A DNA stretch of 63,910 nt, filler included, from Platydemus manokwari (Eukaryota), in assembly GCA_037951405.1 (NCBI GenBank). It is 6 parts of 6 records of this genome, joined end to end, with 100 filler letters (N's around TTAATTAATTAA, not from the genome) between each part and the next. Parts side by side here need not be neighbours in the genome. Positions count along the whole stretch, not along the records: positions 28,417 to 42,984 come from JBBMOY011441422.1; positions 43,085 to 54,490 come from JBBMOY010694430.1; 4 more parts are not named here. One strand, 5' to 3'. The stretch's first letter is position 1; each line of letters begins with the position of its first letter. This document shows, in pieces, positions 39,270 to 54,590 of the stretch. Both the position numbers and the translations under genes were made by a program. The notes under the pieces are model-generated. The model saw only the letters and a program-made list of their open reading frames with translations, was not told the DNA's origin and ran no database searches.

Positions 39270-40270
39270 AAGCTTTATACTTTCGAAATGTCCTTCATTT
39301 TCTTAAATACAAAGACGATTTTTTGTTTCTTAACAAGGAAAGAACATTCATCTCTACTTAGCTCTTTGTCAATGCCATCGAGTACTACGCAAATTCTATT
39401 TTCAAGTTCATCCAAGGTTTGAGGATGACTGATACACCACTTATTTTTCATGACCTCAAAGATCACCTGATTTAACACCAGGTTATCTTTGAGGTCAAAG
39501 CAAAAGATTTTCTCGATGAGCGATCTAGTATTTTGGAAACATATGGTTCACTTAGGTATAGATAGCAAGGCAGAAATGCGACGGAGGTCCATTCTGCGTG
39601 TACACACTTCGTGGTATTACAAACTCGAGTAAATTTCTGAAATGTGAAATAATGAGTTTCCTCATCGATAATTGTCCTGGAAGAAATATTGCGCGGTAAC
39701 TCCTTTTACTGAAATGCCAATCCAAGCAGTTATTTCGTGGATTTCGTACGAAAACTATTTTATCTGACCACTAGACACATTTATAATGATTAACATAATC
39801 CATAGAAGTAGAACTTGATCTAGCCTGTTCAAATAATTTTCTCCTTAAGTTGAAGATCTTGTGTATAAGTGATGAAATCTTCACAAAATCTCAGTCGTTA
39901 ACCAGGGTAATTCTCATTAAAATCTTGAAGCAAAGATAACTGACAGCTTTTAAGATCCAAGTTCATTTTAAAAATCCAATGAACCCAATATTTCTAGATG
40001 ATAAGCTTTTAAATGTGTTAAGTATCGAGAAAGTTTGACTCATTTCATTCACAGCACTAGCAACTGCACCATCTTTATTGTCATGATTATCATCACGAGG
40101 TTTGCGGTGTGCTTTTTCGTCGACACTTCCAGTTGATTAAAAATTGACTTTCTATTAATTGACTTGCAGTAAAAATGTTCGAAAAGGCTGGACACCTCTT
40201 GACACTTTTCAGCAAAGACAGTTTTTTAATAATTTCAAATCCTCTTGTGATTGAAACTAAATAGATGTGT
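39270..40270 (-). mobile_element. Tc1/mariner-superfamily transposase relic
   Basis: NGPPSHF (resembles QDGAPPH), then a degenerate WP.RSPDL region and HPQTLDELENRI. Confidence 0.6.
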
Positions 40271-40419
40271 GCTAATAAAACAATCAATATTCGAAAGAAT
40301 TTTAGTGGTTAAAATTTATTTACCTGTGGCGCATTTAAATATTGCATGAGTTCCTTGAGATAGTCATTGAATGGATTCACAATGTGATATGCTCTATAAT
40401 TATTGGTTTCAGTTCAAAT

Positions 40420-42150
40420 TAGAAACACATATAAAACAGTAAGTCCGACACATTAAGAATAAATACCGATCTAAATAGAATGGTGTTGAGACATTCCTAC
40501 GTATGGAAAGTAGGATAAATTTATAAAAATGAATTTGTATGGGAATCCTCACTTTGAAACATGGTTCAAAAAGATAATGTCAGCATTCACATAATCCTAG
40601 ATTTTGGAGTATTCGATACAATCATAGAATTGCACATAAAAATTATAGAAATTAAAACTGGGACCAGAAGAATGTAATTAGAGTCGCTGTCTAGAAAGAT
40701 TCAGGAAATCCTGAACTTTGTTTTTCGAAATTATGATGGGAGAGAACTCAATGAAGCTACTGGATGGATTCAGTATACGGAAGACTGGTTATTAATCTTA
40801 ATATCATAAGCGCGTATTATCTATTATTATCGGATAATGCTTGGATCTTAGAGAAGATTTTCAAGAATGAACTAACTAAAAAAGAAGTCCCAATAAAATG
40901 GTTCAAGGACTTCTTTACAATAAAAAGAAGTCAATAAATTACTTAATTGTTCAATTAAAAAGTTCAACAAAATGATAATGGGTGATTCGCTACATTCTAG
41001 ATTCAATCTCAAAACTAGTAGAATCCGTTGTTAATTCAGTCTTCAATTGTTAAAGATATTATTCCTAATACAGGCAAAATACAGTTCCCAGTTCTTTTGA
41101 AAAAACCAGAGATTGAAATATCCGTAATTTAGTGTCTTGTCAAGATCTATAAAATTAGATAAGTATTTCAGATTCAGAGACCAACTTATTCTTAAATTGA
41201 AAGTAGAAGAGTTTTACTACAAATAGAATATTTGAAAATAAACGGAAAGGAAACGCGAACACTCAAAACACTCAAACCCGATAATAGTGCAAGAAAACAA
41301 TTACCGGAACATCTTTTACGATCAATGAAGCAGATTGGCAGGAAAGTATTTCCGAATCCAAAAAAGAGAACAGACTGTGAACCGGACTATTCATAATGCT
41401 GCTAAGGGGTTAATTTAGAAATCAGTGCTCATTGAGAAACAAGTGTCTGATAGGTGGACGAGGAAGTCATGTTTTCCTTGATCCTTATATGCTGCGCGGC
41501 TCAAATCAATGGATAGAAAGTCGAATTTTATGCATTCATAACGAAATCGAAAGCCAATACAATGGCGTAGATGAACACATAATGCAAGAGATAGATTATC
41601 AAAATCCAAGACCGCTTCGTTGCATATATTTGGATTTAATCAATTAGAAGTGGTCATAATGGTAATTGAAATGTACATAGAAGTGAGGTGTAATATATGA
41701 ATATTGACGAAAGATAATGGAGAACGGTATTCATCAATAATATTAGAATAAGGATGCTGTGAGATTTGGCTGCTTACGTTTGCATGATGAATGAAGAGTT
41801 TTGGAAGTAAATTGGAACCCCTAGATTCTTGTTCCAAATGTATGTATGAAGGTCAGTATTATTTTCAGAATCGAGAATAATAAGATCAATGAAGTTACAG
41901 ATAATGTGTAGTATAAAATCCTCTTTGCATCATTTGCTTTTATTATTAGTGTTTAGCGATCAATTAATAAAAATTTCGTAATCATTTACAGGAACAGTCT
42001 CTTCCTAAGAACGAATCATTTAAAAAACAAAAAGGCAAATAACATTAGAATGATCATGCTAGAAGCATTGTAAAGGACAGAAGAGTCATGCAACATGTGG
42101 CTACGATATTAAGAAAAAGCTATCCATCATAAACCTTATATAAAATGAAT
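40420..42150 (+). mobile_element. Possible Gypsy-like gag-pol relic
   Basis: Purine-biased decayed coding sequence with GHNG and C..C-like integrase zinc-finger traces at about 41650-41770. No intact motif set. Confidence 0.3.
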
Positions 42151-42984
42151 ACCCAAAAACATCAAGAAGGAAACATTTTGTAAATAAGTCAGTATACTAT
42201 TATTATCAAACTTTATTAATAATTAATATGATGACGCAGAAATTTGTTTACATTTATATGTGCTTGAACTGTATTTAACTTATTATAATTTTGTTATTTC
42301 AATGGCTATTTCAAATTTCCAATCATTTGTCAGTATATTTTCCAAGTATAAATAGTGATGAAAATGCTTAAAAGTAATAAATTTCAAAACCAATAATTTC
42401 ACTCCCAGTTATTACAAATCTGTTAGAATTTTTTGATCATTAAAATGTTCCGAGATTCTTCAATGCACAGATTTGTTAATTCAAGAATTAATCAATTTTG
42501 AAATTCGTAATTTCAGGTATTCTATACGTTACATATTTTTACAATTACTTGTACATTATCATCATTCATAAAATTCATCACAATTTGATATATCATTTGT
42601 CAAAATCTGTTCAGTGTACTCTTACTTTAAAGGATTTTAAATGTTTTAATTGTTGAATAAATAAATTATCTCTTTATTTGTTTTCATTCGCTGTCTTGTT
42701 CATTTTCTATCACCATCTGTATATCTTTTATCATCAAAGGAGACATTACATTTTCTTAATAAAATATGACATTTCTAATTCATTTCTAAATACTGAAGGA
42801 ATTTATTAGTGAGTTATAAATATGTAGATTAATATGAATAAATCAACAATAATTTATCGATTATTTATCCTTTAAATTAATATTTTGAGTTAGAGCACAC
42901 AGCTTATTGTTGAGTGAAGACCAAATCTTGAAAAAGAAAAACGATTTCGTACCTTGGAACCCTTGTTTTAGCAATTTAAGCATT

Positions 42985-43084
42985 NNNNNNNNNNNNNNNN
43001 NNNNNNNNNNNNNNNNNNNNNNNNNNNNTTAATTAATTAANNNNNNNNNNNNNNNNNNNNNNNNNNNNNNNNNNNNNNNNNNNN
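42985..43084. other. Assembly spacer
   Basis: N44-ttaattaattaa-N44. Confidence 0.98.
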
Positions 43085-44792
43085 ACAGTTGTGCCAATTT
43101 AGCGACAAGCATAATTTTGACAGTACCTTTAAGCGGGTTTTTTAAATGATTAATTCCCGGTTAATACTTTTTTGACATAATGTATATACCAAAGAATCAT
43201 TAAACAGATATCCATCACCTTTCAATTTTAGAAATTAGAAATTTATTAACATAAAATGCATAAATTTTCAATGAAGGAAACAAAATATTTTTCGCTAAAA
43301 GTCCAAGATCTTAAACTAATGACATATATTCAAGAAAAATATAGATATTAGGAACATAAGCTATTTTGTACAAATTTCTTATTGGAGATCATTTTGAATG
43401 ATTATTGATTAATAATTACCATCTTTTGCTGTAATCAGTCGTCAATACAATGAATCTTTATGGTTGAGCTTATGACACTATTTCGTATTCTTCATTCTTA
43501 GCTGACCCCTTAAAAAATAATTGTTTGATTATATTTACGATATCTGATGACTGTACTAGCTTAAATGTATTGATATTTTGAAAAGGTGTTTGAAGAATAT
43601 AATTAAAATGTTAATAAAATCATTGCGTATATCATATTTTTGCAGAATATTGATTAGAAGCATGAGTGGAATAATCGAATAATCGGATTTCAATTACAAC
43701 CTTTGTGAAACAATGCTTTCTGAAAAGATGAAAGTAGACTTCTCTGTTCGATTCAGTGCAGTAACCGATGGTTGATCACAGAGTTTCAGAAGATTCCTCC
43801 GTTTATCGCCTTTATAAATTAGTTTTATAAAATTAAGATATGTTCCAAATGAGAGACTTGTGATAAATATTGTAAAAACAGAGGGGTCAATAAAATTAAT
43901 ATTTTAACATAAATCTGTTGAAATTTATTGATTAAAAAATTCATGATCAGTGCAACAATAGAAAACGGAATTTTAATTTATTAAATAGTGTTGTACCACA
44001 AAACTTATGAAGGAAATATTCTTTATCATAGAGGTTTTTAAAAAAAACCACGTGTGACTTACAAATTAATTGATAGAAAGGGTGAAAAAATATAGAGAAA
44101 ATTCATAGTCATGAATTGGTTAAAAATATTTTGTGAAGCAGAGAAATTAAATTTTTTTCAATTTGTCTGGCTCAATCGCAATAATAACATAAGATTGAAT
44201 ACATCTTTCGAAATTTAAGTTGTTTCTCTTCAGCTATTTCTTCAAAAATACAGAATAGGTTTTACGTACGAACTAGTACATTTTCGACTTTTAATGTCAC
44301 ATTACAAACATCATTCATTGGTTTGTTTATATTACAAAAAGCTTATCATCCAAAGGTGACCTCAAGTAAGTCTAAGAAAACCTTTTACTAGCACTGAAGC
44401 AAAAACACAAGTACACATAATCAAAAAATAAAACGAAATCCATATATTTTTAAAATTATTTAAAAGCACCTTGGAATGTAATGAAAATCAGTCCATCAAA
44501 AACATGAAAATTTTAAGTGTACAAAACTCTAAAATCGATATTACAAGTACATGATATTACAAGTCACTAAATATACTTTGCCTTCTATGGTGAACTTTTC
44601 TAAATCTGTCAATTTGGACGACGTTCTGTGTTGTTACTCTTCGATTTAATTATAGTTATGTTTATTGTAAGTATTTTGTACCTTTTTTTACTCAAGAGTT
44701 CCATTTGAGAATAAACATCAAAACAAAATATCGAATATAAATTGAATATTAAATTCTTTAAATAATTTGATTGGTAGTAAATTTTATTTACT

Positions 44793-45494
44793 GATTTAAG
44801 TTAAGAAAAACGGTCCTTTAACCCAATTTTAAAGGGATGACTTCACTACAGTTATTTGATATTAAAATTGTTAGTTTTATTTTAATAAAAACTATCAATA
44901 TTTGTTGATTGTTAGTGTACTAATGGATATCATTCTGTAAATATAATTTTTTGTAAGGCCCGTGCACCAAAAATACTTTATTCGAAAATGGTCAAGGCTA
45001 AATTGTTGAACCAAGTCTCTATTTGAATTCTAAAACTTATATATTTGTGCTATCTACATCTGTACGATTTATTTGATTCTATCAAATCTTCAATTAATTA
45101 CATCATGGACAGGTTTGGGATCTATGTATCCAATCTATTAAAAAGATATTAATAATCTTATTTTGAGATTGTTCCTGGCACTTCTCAACTTTTTTTATAA
45201 AATAACTCGAAAAATCTTAGATATCATCCTGATTTCTTCTGATGTTAGAAGAAGGGGTCCTCGCTAATTTTCAATTAATTGCATTTTGACCTACTTTAAA
45301 CCGTTTTTCTAATAATTAATTTTTAGGAGATATTAAAAATCTTGTGCATGTATTACTTGATTTCAAACAACTAAAATTTTACTCAAGTACTTAAAAAAAA
45401 TTCAAAATGTTATTAAAGAATTTAATTAAATAAACTATATAGATTTTTGCAATTTTAAAATTTTATTTTAGGACCCTTTTTTTTAACTTTAGCC
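44793..45494 (-). mobile_element. Non-autonomous Merlin-type copy
   Basis: gatttaagttaagaaaaacggtcc ... ggacccttttttttaactttagcc. The interior is the reverse complement of 23335-23930. Confidence 0.8.
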
Positions 45495-46609
45495 GAAATT
45501 TTTAATGACATGTCTCATTTAGCTCTTAAAAATGCATTAATAAAACATTGATAGAAACTTAAATGATGAAACATATGCACAAATGGAGAACTTATTTATG
45601 ATATTTTAGTCGTAATAGGTTAAGGTGAATGAGTACCCGGATCAACAAAAGATTTATATAGATTCATGAAAAGAATCAAGAATATAAAATCCACCAAATG
45701 AGAGTTAAAGTTTTAAAAACCACAGAATTCAATTTGAGAAAAAGGCATTCTTCGATAAAATTTAATTTTTAATAGATTTGTCTAATTTTTAATGATTTTG
45801 ATAGTTTATATAAGTGTTTGGTAAATCACAAATCAATAAAAAAAAGTTACAAGAACCAAGGAAAGAACCCTGAAAGGGTCGATGCACACAGACCCGATAA
45901 GCACATGTGCCGTCAGCCAATCAGAATTGTTTTAATATTAATCCATATTTACAATTGACAGGCACGCACATACAGATGATAGCAAGCTCAAATATCCGCC
46001 AATGGTATGAGAGATGCGAGGAAATTTTCAAGTAGACCGATCCATGAACAGATTCAACAAATGGAAACGAAGATCGGTGACATCAAGTAGACACACCCGA
46101 TAGGTCTATAAAAGAAGTTGAGTTCCATGAACGACTGCCAATCTTTTTGGTGTGTGAAGCTTATGTTTGAATGATTACCAATGATTAGTCTTTTTGATTA
46201 CTTTTATTCCATTTTTGACTTTCGTTCAGTGATAATAATCAAAGATAATATTTAAAATACAATTATAAAATATAAAATAACACAATGAAGAACAGTAAAA
46301 TATATTGAGATAAAATTTACAAATCTAGAATATGATATACAATGTTTTTATTTAAGCACAGAAATCGCAAGATAAAAGTATAATACTTGCTTTGGTATTC
46401 GGATAAGCCTCTCTGAAAAAAAGAAAGTGGGGAACCAAGTATAAGTTTTTATTAGATTTTAAAATACCACAGGTCTAGCACTAGCCATGGGCCTGAAGTT
46501 AATCGATACAAAAATAGAAAATATACTCATTGCTTCAAAAACAAAATGGATAAATGGAGCATTTTTTCAAAATTAATAAAATAAATTGATAGATTCTTTA
46601 AAAATTTTC

Positions 46610-49600
46610 CAATGCAATACGTTCAAGCCATATTGATTTTATTGTTTTGTTAAACTTAATGTTATTCGATACTACTACTGTCTTAATCGGTCTCTATGAG
46701 CTTTTGATTAAGGTCACAGGCGTAATCTGCCTTATGTTGATGTTCCTTCACTTCACACAGCCTTATTGTGTGACGACAACTGGTGTAGCAGTATCGATAT
46801 ATTGTCTCTTAATTATCAGTCTCAAATTCTATAAAAATATTTAAACTATTAACTATGTTAATGAAAATGAATAACCACTTTATGATCCCAATATGAATGG
46901 AACTAAAATTTGCTGGTACAAATATTTATTAATAATTAATAACGGGTATGAAGACCACGCTAATGAAATAATTACTAAATTTAGCTAAAGGTTTTGTTAA
47001 CTATCTCGTTAAAGCAATTAATACCAGAGCTAAATATAAATTAATTGTAATAGGAAAACTGAGTTTGACTTGGTTATGGTTGTCGTCGAAACCTGAATTT
47101 AACGTATTTATTAATGAACTATAATTAGTGCTATTAGTACTATATAGTTTAATGGGTTACTTGAGTATGGCTTCTGTTTCCTTAATATTCAATATCCTAT
47201 ATGTCGATACTGGTCAAAACAAGGCAATTGCTATAGAATAATATATTTAGAAAATGAAAAGGAATAATATCCGAAATTAATAAAAAAAATGTTGCGTTCA
47301 ATGGTCAGCAAGTTACCTAAGCAAATAGCCGACAGGACCCGAAGCGGACGGATCAGCGGTCAGTAAAATAGGAAAAAGATTTTGGCAGATTAATAGTAAA
47401 ATTCCACGAGTGCGCGAAATAGTTTATCAATATATGATTTATCAAATGGCAATGCTTTTATCAAATATTATCCATCGTGAGTACGTTAATATCGAAATTA
47501 AATAGTAATTTAAATGATTATCGTGAAAATGAAAATTTCACCGAAAATTAAATAACCGTTATACTCTCAAGGTGATGTGAAATTCTGTTACGAAGAATAT
47601 ATCTTCTTTGAAAATCGCTTCAACAAAATACCTCCATCAAGATGATACCAAATTGATGATACAACGAATATATTACCTTAGCAAAATCGCTTCCACAAAA
47701 TACCCTGATCAACTAGCTAATAGTGTATTCCGAAGTTTCGCTAATGGCTTCTGTAAGGAATATCAAGCTGGTTACATTTCTAGTGTTGTGTTTATTTGTG
47801 TTTTGTGTTTTCATTCCGATTTCAGATCGGTATTTATACCTTGCTGCTGCAACCTCTGCTTATCTATTTTTAGTAACGTGCAGCCAGCTTCGCTTCATTT
47901 CTCATCATCCACTTTTTTGGCTTATCTAGTTTTAACCTGTTGTTTTTGTATGTTATTAGTCTTATTGTTAATATTTATTTAGTTTTATCTCATTATTTTA
48001 ATATATTGTTATTCTTATTTTTAATATTTTATTATGTTATTTTTATTATATTACTATTTTTTTTCTTTAATCTGCCATAATTCTTCTCCCTCCGCTTCTT
48101 TACATAAAATATAAAAATTAATTCATTACATAAAATATAAAAATTAAACGACATAAAATTGTTGGATATACATAAATATCAAATTGTTTATGAAAAAAAG
48201 CAGTTACAATAAAACTGTCAAACATAAATTCTCACCACAATTTGTAAACATAATAATTGTTATTTTTCGAAAGATAAATTGTTGTTCAACAAAGCTGCTT
48301 GCATGAAACCGAACTTTGGATGAATTCGAATTAATAATCGCCCAAAATCGTTTGACATCCACAGTCAAAAGTAGGCTTGGGTTTATGAGCTATTGTATGT
48401 GTGCTGTACATGGGTATATACATATTGTTTGCTGAAAAACTGTCTCGAATAGTAAGTGAGTTATACAGTTATACATGAAGCGGGAAGAAGTTGTTTCTAA
48501 GATGTTAAGCGCTGGGTAGGACTCCCAGCATAATTGATATCAATACAAACCTGATTAACAATAATGAAATAATAATAACAAATGGATTTTAAAACTACAT
48601 TATACATCAAATTATAACGGACCTCAACAACTCCTGGAGAAAGAAACTATACCTAACTCCCACTCGCGGTGCAGAACCAATTACTTTCAAGATTTTTGAG
48701 CAACAAACTCGGTAATAGGAAATAGACAATACTATATATAATATAAATCAGTGTTTTACACGAATGGATCTTATTATGGGATATTTCAATAAGATATTGG
48801 GCTTTAAAAAATCCCTTCCTTCTGCGCGAAATCGTCTTCTATTGTGCGCTGACTAAGTTGCAAAATAATGCCTTCTCCGGTCTATGATAATCAGTTGACG
48901 TGTAGCTGCGACTTCAGTAATGAAATAATTGTGGTCAGTGCTAACTGTGACTACTGCCTTATATATGCAGCAGATATTCTCTGCGAGTAAATCTAATGCC
49001 ATTGAATCTGTTATTTTCGCTGGAATTTATTCACTCATGAGAGAAATTCTCTCTGAATAAATTTATTTCACATAGAAAATTGTCTCTCGATTACATTTAA
49101 TCGAGTGATTATTTTATTCTGTAACAGAATTTACAAGCGCGATGATAAATAGCAATTTATTTGTCGATATTATTGGGCAATATCTTATTGCGTGCTAATA
49201 TTTTATAAATGTATTCATTATTTAGGAAATTTCGATGGATTTGCTCTAGGTGGATTTAACTAATATTATTATTTTACATATATATAATTATTATAAATAT
49301 CAATATTTCAAGCTGGCTTTCACTCAAATACACCTAGAGTTGTTAAAATATAGAAAGTACTTGTTGACTAAATAAAAATCAATGCCATAAAAATTAATAC
49401 ACGTTTTACGTATCGTCATGCATAGTTCTAAAAATGTATACAATGTTGCACATAGTTTTTAAATGTGAATTAATTGTTGGGTCAAAACCCCAACAACAGA
49501 TTCACAAAAATTTGAACAGTCATTGCTGATCTGTAATGTTTTTGTAAAAAGTGTGCATTTAATACTATTGTTGCTTGTTTATACAGTATTTGCATGTTGA

Positions 49601-52600
49601 TTTTTCAAACGTAAAGCCTTTATTTTTAATAACATTCTATGTTTTGTAGCACATGTTTACTATTTTTGGCATATGTTATACATACGTTACAATTTTGAGT
49701 CCAAGTAGTTATTTTTAGTAACTTTTGTTGTTATTCCAATTATATATATGATGCGACTAATATTTTTTGGTATTTCTAATGACTTTGACGTCGACTAATT
49801 TTGATGTAAAATCAAATTTTGAAAAATTTTATGAATATTTTATCCAAAAAATTGGTTTTGTTTTTGTTGGGGTTCCGAGAAAATGACAATGAACATTTTT
49901 TGCATGCTTATGATATTGGTGCATAATAGTAGTACTTTTTATTATTTTTTGTAAAAAAAATAATCCCGATGTGCAAATATTATCTTATTTTTTTATCTTG
50001 TTGTTTATTTTCTGAAGCAGAATAGTTAATGAATTCTAAACACTTAACAAATTAATTTGGAGTTTTTAGTCGTTAAATAATAATAATAATGATAATATTT
50101 AGCTAGAATTGAAAATAGGAAATCGTTAAGAAAATCTTTATCATAAATTAAAATATTAAGTATTTAGGCTAATGATAATAATTGTAGTTAATTCTTTTAT
50201 CATATTTTAATATGATAATAATTTAGGATAAAAAACTTAGTTTAATTTCTGGTTAAATTTTGGAATAAATTGATAAAATAGAATTAATTAAAATGAAAAT
50301 AAGTTAATTATTTTCATGTTCTGCCTAACGACTAAAAAATCTAACTTTTAAAACCCCTATTTCTTCGAAAATTACCCGCATATAAAAATAATACCAAACA
50401 ATAAAAACCCGCACGGCAACCAAGGCAGAGAGATAATTCTTTTGAATTGTGAGAATTCGTCACAATAAAGAATAAAAACCACCCGCATATTTTTATTCAG
50501 CCCGAATAAAATCCCATTGTTTACGAAAAACATATATAAGGCAGTAAAACATCATATGCCTTTGTCCCAGTTCTTAGTTGGAAACCACTAAGACGTTCGT
50601 GAAGTTAAGAAGATAAATTTTTGCCGTTTGGAGCTGTCAATCTCTCTGCAGCCGTTAACCTCTCTGCTTATGCCCTATAATTTTATAGGAAGAGTATTTA
50701 ATAATACTATTCATCCGAAGACGAGATCACAGAAGAATAGTTACTGTAAAATCTATATATCCTTATTTATCTCGCATATTCTTCCTATTTATCCAGCCGA
50801 GCTCGAAAAAACCTCTAAAGAAAAAGACACTGACCCAATAGCACGAAGTGTAACTGTTTTGTCCATCATCTGCTTCCATTGAATTTGCACATCGAATTAG
50901 TTCAGAGTTTGAGTGTATATAAGTAGTGTTAAAATCCATTGCATATTGTATTCATTGTAATAATTGCACGGTAAAAATAGTAATTCATAGCCCTATAATT
51001 GTATAAAAGTAGTAATTGGTGTATAATTGTAATAATAATAAACGTTCATAAACCCAAAAATCGAGTTGACTTGTTGAACTGTTAATTGACATAAGACATC
51101 ATAAATTCATATAGTTAAACATCAGTATCATTCATCACCGATTTGGGAGTAATTTTGTTGAGAGAATACAAATAGAGACTGATAAAACGAGTGAGGAAAG
51201 TAGTGTTAAAATCAAAAAGATAAAGTTAAAATTCAAGTATCGATTTCTACGCCGATCTACTTATCTCCATATAAGTAGTGATCCTCGAGGCGAACAAATA
51301 ATAGAAATCATAAGGTTTTACTGCTACCTGTGGGTCAAGAACGGACTCAGAGCACTGATTAGACTTAGCATCGATTAATTAAAATAAACAAATAATAAAT
51401 CATAAAAGAGAGTGACCCCAAAACGCAACATAAGATTAAGTAAGCTTTAATTTGTCTAAACCACTGATCAATTTTATAACAACGTTTATCTCCTATTATC
51501 GAGCTTTGATTCAAATTTCTTTCGGTAATTGTTTTGCTTCATGAATGTGGGGCTTATTAACCATCACTTTGTCTAAGAAGTTGATAAAGTTCTCGTCATA
51601 GGATTCAGTGCATATTGTATTTTAAAATCAATTGTAACTTTTTATATAAGTGTTCTGTTTATATTGGTGCTATGTTGTTAATTGCCTGAAATAAACATTT
51701 TATTCAATCATGACTCGGTTTTTGATCGATTATAATAAATTGAGATTGCCAAAAATAATTAGGCATAAAATTTGCATAAGGAGGCATTAGGGGAAAGAGA
51801 CTAGAGGTAATATTTATAATAATTTATAGGACATCTTTGCCTCTTTTAATTTCTTCATACTATTTCAGAATGGAATCAACAAAACAATCAACAGCTCAGC
51901 CTCAGCCTCAACATTATCATCTCTATCATCATCAAACGAAAAAATAAAAAATTATAAAATTCAAATTATATATTCTATATCAAAACCACAATAATTGAAA
52001 AAAAAATATTAATAATAATTATTATTATTTTGGAGGATAATAATATTAAAAAATTATTACGAGGAATAATAATAATATAAATTATGGGCAAAAATTAATT
52101 AATTAAAATGAGGGCGTATTTGTGGGCGAAAATTGAAATTTTAAATGTAGGAGAAAAAAAAATATTATGAATCATACGGGTGAAAAATAAATTAAAATTA
52201 TTAATCTAGGAGGATTTGAGAAAAATTTTCAATATCCAATAAGAAAAAAGAAAATAAAAATCTAAAACGTTTATTCAGAATCCGCACTAGAAAACACTAT
52301 ATGAGGAGTGGCAAAGCCACTATTTGCACTTACAAAAATTTGACTCGGAAAAATTTGTTAGATGATCTTGAAAAGACTAACGGCAAAGGAATATAAAAAG
52401 TGAGACGATCTTCAACGGACCAACGATAAACGATAAGGAAAAGGTGTGAAAACGATGAAATGAGTGATTTTAAATTAAAAAGATAAAGTAGTTAAAAAGC
52501 CCGCCCATATCATTATATATCTTAAATTTATATATCAACACAAAGGAGATTCGCTTTCTGAGCCTTCCCTAGTTGAACATTTTTCTTTAATCCGTCTGTT

Positions 52601-54110
52601 GCAAAACTGAGATATTGTTTGTTTGAATAACTAATTTTGGTGAAAAATTTAAAAGGGATTTTTCATAGTTGTGTAATAACACATTAACACTTGTATATTA
52701 TTATAAAAAGAAATAAATCTTATTGATATCATTGACTTTTATTGTTGTAGTTGTTTATTTATTCAGTGTATTGTTGGGTGTACACCCTATACACCCTACA
52801 ACCCTTGTACAAACAACCCCACTTCAATAATTTATCATACAACTACACCTGCGCAACTCCGATAATTCATATCATATAAACCCCTACAAAACAGTGTAGA
52901 TACAATATAACCCAAAACAGTTAAATGTGATACAATAAAACCTAAAAACACAACCCTAGTGTATAGATGCACCAACATGCAATACAAAACACTAACAAAA
53001 CCCTGATTAGCCCCGATTGTATACTGTTCAGTTAGTCGGTAGATGATAGACAATGGTTCAGATTCAATGGGCAGATCAATCCAATCTTTTCAATCCTGTG
53101 CTAACATTTACTGAAAAATTTATTAGTGACAATAAACGACTTTGCTTCTAATATTTAGTAGTAATAATAAACATTTTGTACTAGTTTTTATGGATTATTT
53201 TTATTAACTCTGCTTTTTAACAGAGATTAAAAGTGCTTTATTTTTTTATTTTTATTTATTATGTAAAAATCAGAGAACGGGTGAAGTGAATAATGCGGGG
53301 GAGTTGTCGACAAGCCGAGTAATTGATAGCGAAATAATAAAAAAAATAATAAAATTAATAAAAAATAATAGTCAAGTAGTAAAATTAATAATTGATAATA
53401 CATGAAATTATAAGAAAAACTAATAATAAAAAAAGGAATAGGGCTAAACCAAGTGAACTGGTTAATTGAGATAGGAATAGTTATAATTAAACTGTGAGAG
53501 AAAAAGCCATGAGAAAATTAATCAAAGAAAATGTAAACCTAATTTAAGTGAGAAAATCGGGATGAAAAACCGTGTAAAAAGAATGAAGATAACCAAGAGT
53601 GTAATAATTACAAATAATTAGAATAATCAATGAAATTATTATTTTTATTTGGTTATTATTTCATATTAATAATTGTGAAGAAGAGAAGGGAGAATTTCGA
53701 CAAGTTTAAGTATTAATACAAGTTCATCAACAATATCAAAAATACTAAAGAAGCAATAATCGAATCGATAATAGAACATTTTGTGATACAATAATTGAAA
53801 TAATTGCTGATGATCATGAAAAAGTGAATCGTAAATAATAATTAATACAAATAGCGACAATTGAAATCACAATAGCTAATAGATTAAAATAAAAGAATAG
53901 ATAATTAAATTACTATCATAATAGTATGATAAGAAGTAGAAAAGATTACATACCAACGGATTTTACAGCGAACTTTCATTTCAAGAATTACTGCACAAGC
54001 AGTGGTAGATCCTCGATAGAACTAGTTAGAAGTAGATCAGTAACACAAAAAGAACCGAAGACAACTGTGCATAAAAACACAGATCACTACTATCAATGTG
54101 TCAAAATAAA
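46610..54110. mobile_element. Mosaic of probable long LTR fragments
   Basis: Family B homology at 46615-46730, TGTTGCGTT at 47290, AACGCAACA at 51430, and a PPT-like gcgggggag before TGTCG at about 53304. No credible ORFs. Confidence 0.35.
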
Positions 54111-54490
54111 TTTATTTAATATATGTAACCATTTTCAGCATACACCAATGCTTCTCCTATCCCTCCAAAATTTTAATTCTTTTTGTTCACTTAATTAAAT
54201 CACGAAGTAACTCTAGTGAAAGAAATTATTAATTTATTAATTGAAATATTTATTAATGACTAAATTTTATTTTTGAAGAAAATGATCTCTAGTTTTTATC
54301 ATTATCCGTGTATATTTGATTGTAACGACTATATTTGAAGGATAGAAATACTAATAACTTTTATAAAGTTATATTAATTTATAAAACGATTTTATAATAG
54401 TTAAATTAACATATGTTGAATATAAAAATGGCAAACAATTATAAATAATCTATTAATCACAATTACACAAGTTTACCTTGAAACAATCAA

Positions 54491-54590
54491 NNNNNNNNNN
54501 NNNNNNNNNNNNNNNNNNNNNNNNNNNNNNNNNNTTAATTAATTAANNNNNNNNNNNNNNNNNNNNNNNNNNNNNNNNNNNNNNNNNNNN
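54491..54590. other. Assembly spacer
   Basis: N44-ttaattaattaa-N44. Confidence 0.98.

Noticed and set aside
45640-45670. Minus-strand AATCTATATAAATCTT resembling a planarian spliced leader as I recall it
   Set aside because: Short AT-rich match lacking the rest of the leader, the terminal ATG and the donor.
45865-45910. Hammerhead-like CTGA...GGGTC/GACCC...GATA
   Set aside because: The core deviates from CUGANGA/GAAA and stems I and III were not found.
47290-51430. Single 4.1-kb element bounded by TGTTGCGTT/AACGCAACA
   Set aside because: No TSD and no coding capacity. More likely ends of separate LTR fragments.
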